From assembly GCA_964016885.1 (NCBI GenBank), contig CAXHJY010001358.1:1-57332 (forward strand): DNA of 57,332 bases, given 5' to 3'. This DNA is from Eledone cirrhosa. Taxonomy: Eukaryota. Shown here one piece after another: positions 52,348-57,332 of the stretch. Each line of letters opens with the position of its first letter. Position 1 is the stretch's first letter. Both the position numbers and the translations under genes were made by a program. Below the pieces are notes generated by a model. That model ran no database searches. It was not told the DNA's origin and was given only the letters and a program-made list of their open reading frames with translations.

Positions 52348-52559
52348 CATTGCTTTATATCTGGAGATCTCTCTGCACTTGTCGTCACATGGTACCATGG
52401 GCCTAGCACTGTCAATAATTGTCACAAGTGTAGTGTTTGTACCAGAGTTTTCAAGTCGCTGGCTGGACTAAAAAGTCACACTTGTTCAGCGTATCGGTAG
52501 GGGTTCTCCTACATGGATATAAAGTAGTGGCCGTACTCGAAAACGAGTTGGCAGCCACC
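52348..52559 (+). mobile_element. Non-autonomous RTE-derived element, copy 2 (5'-truncated)
   Basis: Matches ~35862-36077 with a small deletion and a few substitutions, and has the same 3' end GGCAGCCACC|ATATAT. Confidence 0.7.
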
Positions 52560-55333
<2,774 letters not shown>

Positions 55334-55423
55334 ATATTGTTATACTTTGGGAGGGTCATGTTGCCAATAAGAACACACTCACCAGTTGCTTTCACTTCAA
55401 TTTATCCCAAAGTATAACAATAT
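55334..55423. repeat. 19-bp perfect inverted repeat with 52-bp spacer
   Basis: ATATTGTTATACTTTGGGA (55334-55352) / TCCCAAAGTATAACAATAT (55405-55423). Confidence 0.85.
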
Positions 55424-55499
55424 CGGTTTCAACACACGATTTCAGATAAAGAATCTTGCTAAACAAATTCAGAAACGATATATATATATATATGTATAT

Positions 55500-57332
55500 A
55501 TGCAAAAGTTTTATTTAAGATTGTTAGGTTACAACGAGTAACATCAAAATCTGACCTGGGTAAACTTAGCAAGAACATTCTAGACAGAGTGATACAGCAA
55601 ATTAAGGACTTGAATTGTTTACCTGGCTTGACCTTGTGGAAGGGTACTGGGGAGGTCATTGAGTGGTTTAATGAAATTAAATATAACAATAATAATAAAT
55701 TTATTCAACTAGACATTGCTAACTACTATTCATCCATTACCCCCAATCTACTTAATAAGGCACTAATAAGGCACTAAATTACGCATTCAAGCATACATAC
55801 CTAACGAGCAATGAAATGCACATTATATTATCGGCAAGGAAAACTTTGATAGAATTTAATAACCAACTATGGACTAGAGCAGATAGAGATAATAATTTTG
55901 ACATTACTATGGGATCATCAGACTCAGCTCAGGTAACGGACCTTGTGGGCCTATTTATAATTAATTCGCTGCATAGGAAAATACCTGGTGTTACCGGAGG
56001 TTTATATAGAGATGACATGCTTTTACTTATTGAAAATAATAACTCTGAACTAAATAAGAAAAGAAAACAAATTATACAATTTTTTAATTACCTTAATCTA
56101 AAAATAGAAATTGAGAATAACCATAGAATAGTCAATTTCCTAGACGTAACATTTAATCTCAACACATGTCTTCACTATCCATTTCACAAGTTAAATGAAA
56201 ACTTGAATTATGTCAATTTTAGCTCCAATCACCCCAGATCTGTCAAAAATACTATAGTAAACTCTGTTCAAAAACGTATCTCTAGAATCTCTTCCAATAA
56301 AAATATTTTTGACGAAAAAGCCCAATATTATAATGATGCTTTAGCTAGAGCAGGATATAGTGATAAAATTATGTACATCGATAATAGACAAACTAACCAA
56401 AATAACAACAATTTTAATTACAGTAACAACTTTAACAACTATACTAGAAAGCACTACAATAATCTCAAAACCAGAAAAGAAATAGAACTAGAAATATAAT
56501 ATGGTTTGCCCCCCCTTTCTCACTAAACATTAAAAACCACATCGCTAAACTATTTTTTAATGCTCTTGACAAACGCTTCCCTAGAACACATAAGTATCAC
56601 TCAATTTTTAATAGACATACTATAAAATTAACGTACTCGTCCACCAAAGATTTAGCACAAAATATTAATAGAATAAATAATAGGAATCTAAAACCTAGCC
56701 AAAATACCGAAAATAGCCTAAACAATATTCAACTAAAAAACTGTAACTGTAGAGATAGATCTAAATGTCCGCTAAATAACAATTGCTTAGTTAAAAATAT
56801 AATATACAACTGTAATGTTAGAACTGATTTAAATTCTTTTAATTATGTTGGTTCCACCTCGACAGAATTTAAACTTCGCTATAATAATCACAAAAATTCT
56901 TTCACGGATCCAAATAAAAAATCAACATCGCTGTCAGGGCTTCTCTGGCAACTTAAGCATGATAAAGTTGGATATTCGATGGTTTGGAATATAGTCTCAA
57001 AAGGGATTCCTTTTAATTCCTCTTCTGAGACTTGTGACCTCTGCGCGGAGGAGATATTCTTTATATTAAAATCTAAAAATTCCCTTAATTTACGAACCAA
57101 TTTATTCAGCTGTTGCAGACATAGATTAAACTCAACATTTAAATATAAATATAAATTTAAAATGTAGTATAAAATGTACTATATTTACTTAAGATATTTG
57201 ACTATTTGTGATACTTGGCGATAAATCTTTCGATTCCTTTAATAATTTTTTTTTTTTTTTTTAAACCTTTCCGCATGAATATATAATTAATGAGATTAAA
57301 TAAACTACCCTAAAATTGGCGTTGGTCCCAAT
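55500..57332 (+). mobile_element. Penelope-like element (Hydra-type), copy 2, runs off the window
   Basis: A ~42-bp inverted copy of the family 3' terminus (55500-55541) is followed by an RT-EN body homologous to copy 1. Confidence 0.82.
55541..57167 (+). pseudogene. PLE RT + GIY-YIG endonuclease, 5'-truncated, two frameshifts
   Basis: SKSDLGKLSKNILD, FIQLDIANYYSSI, LYRDD, CNCRDRSKCPL, IIY...YVGST, CDLCAEE..CRH. There is an 11-bp duplication (TAATAAGGCAC, 55753-55774) and a 1-bp loss near 56470. Confidence 0.87.

Overview
This is eukaryotic, gene-free, repeat-saturated DNA. The repeat spectrum is reminiscent of octopus/cephalopod genomes, which is an unverified impression. About 20 kb (~36%) is interrupted (TA)n microsatellite whose interruptions are strongly strand-polarised (almost always TG on +). 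Five retroelement families sit in these TA arrays: (1) four minus-strand copies of a CR1-clade LINE; (2) an RTE-clade LINE, with one intact ~1,040-1,060 aa APE-RT ORF carrying a PHD-type finger and two truncated copies arranged head-to-head; (3) two copies of a short non-autonomous bipartite RTE-derived element; (4) two decayed Penelope-like (Hydra-type RT + GIY-YIG) elements plus solo 3' ends carrying hammerhead ribozyme motifs; (5) a second, non-coding Penelope-like element with 124-bp inverted ends and its own hammerhead. The most striking structure is a 16-kb array of ~29 near-identical ~560-bp units fused without a TA spacer to the 5' end of the intact RTE. A ~1.2-kb fold-back palindrome is hidden inside the first TA array. 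The very long Y/I/M/C/V ORFs in the track are microsatellite artefacts.
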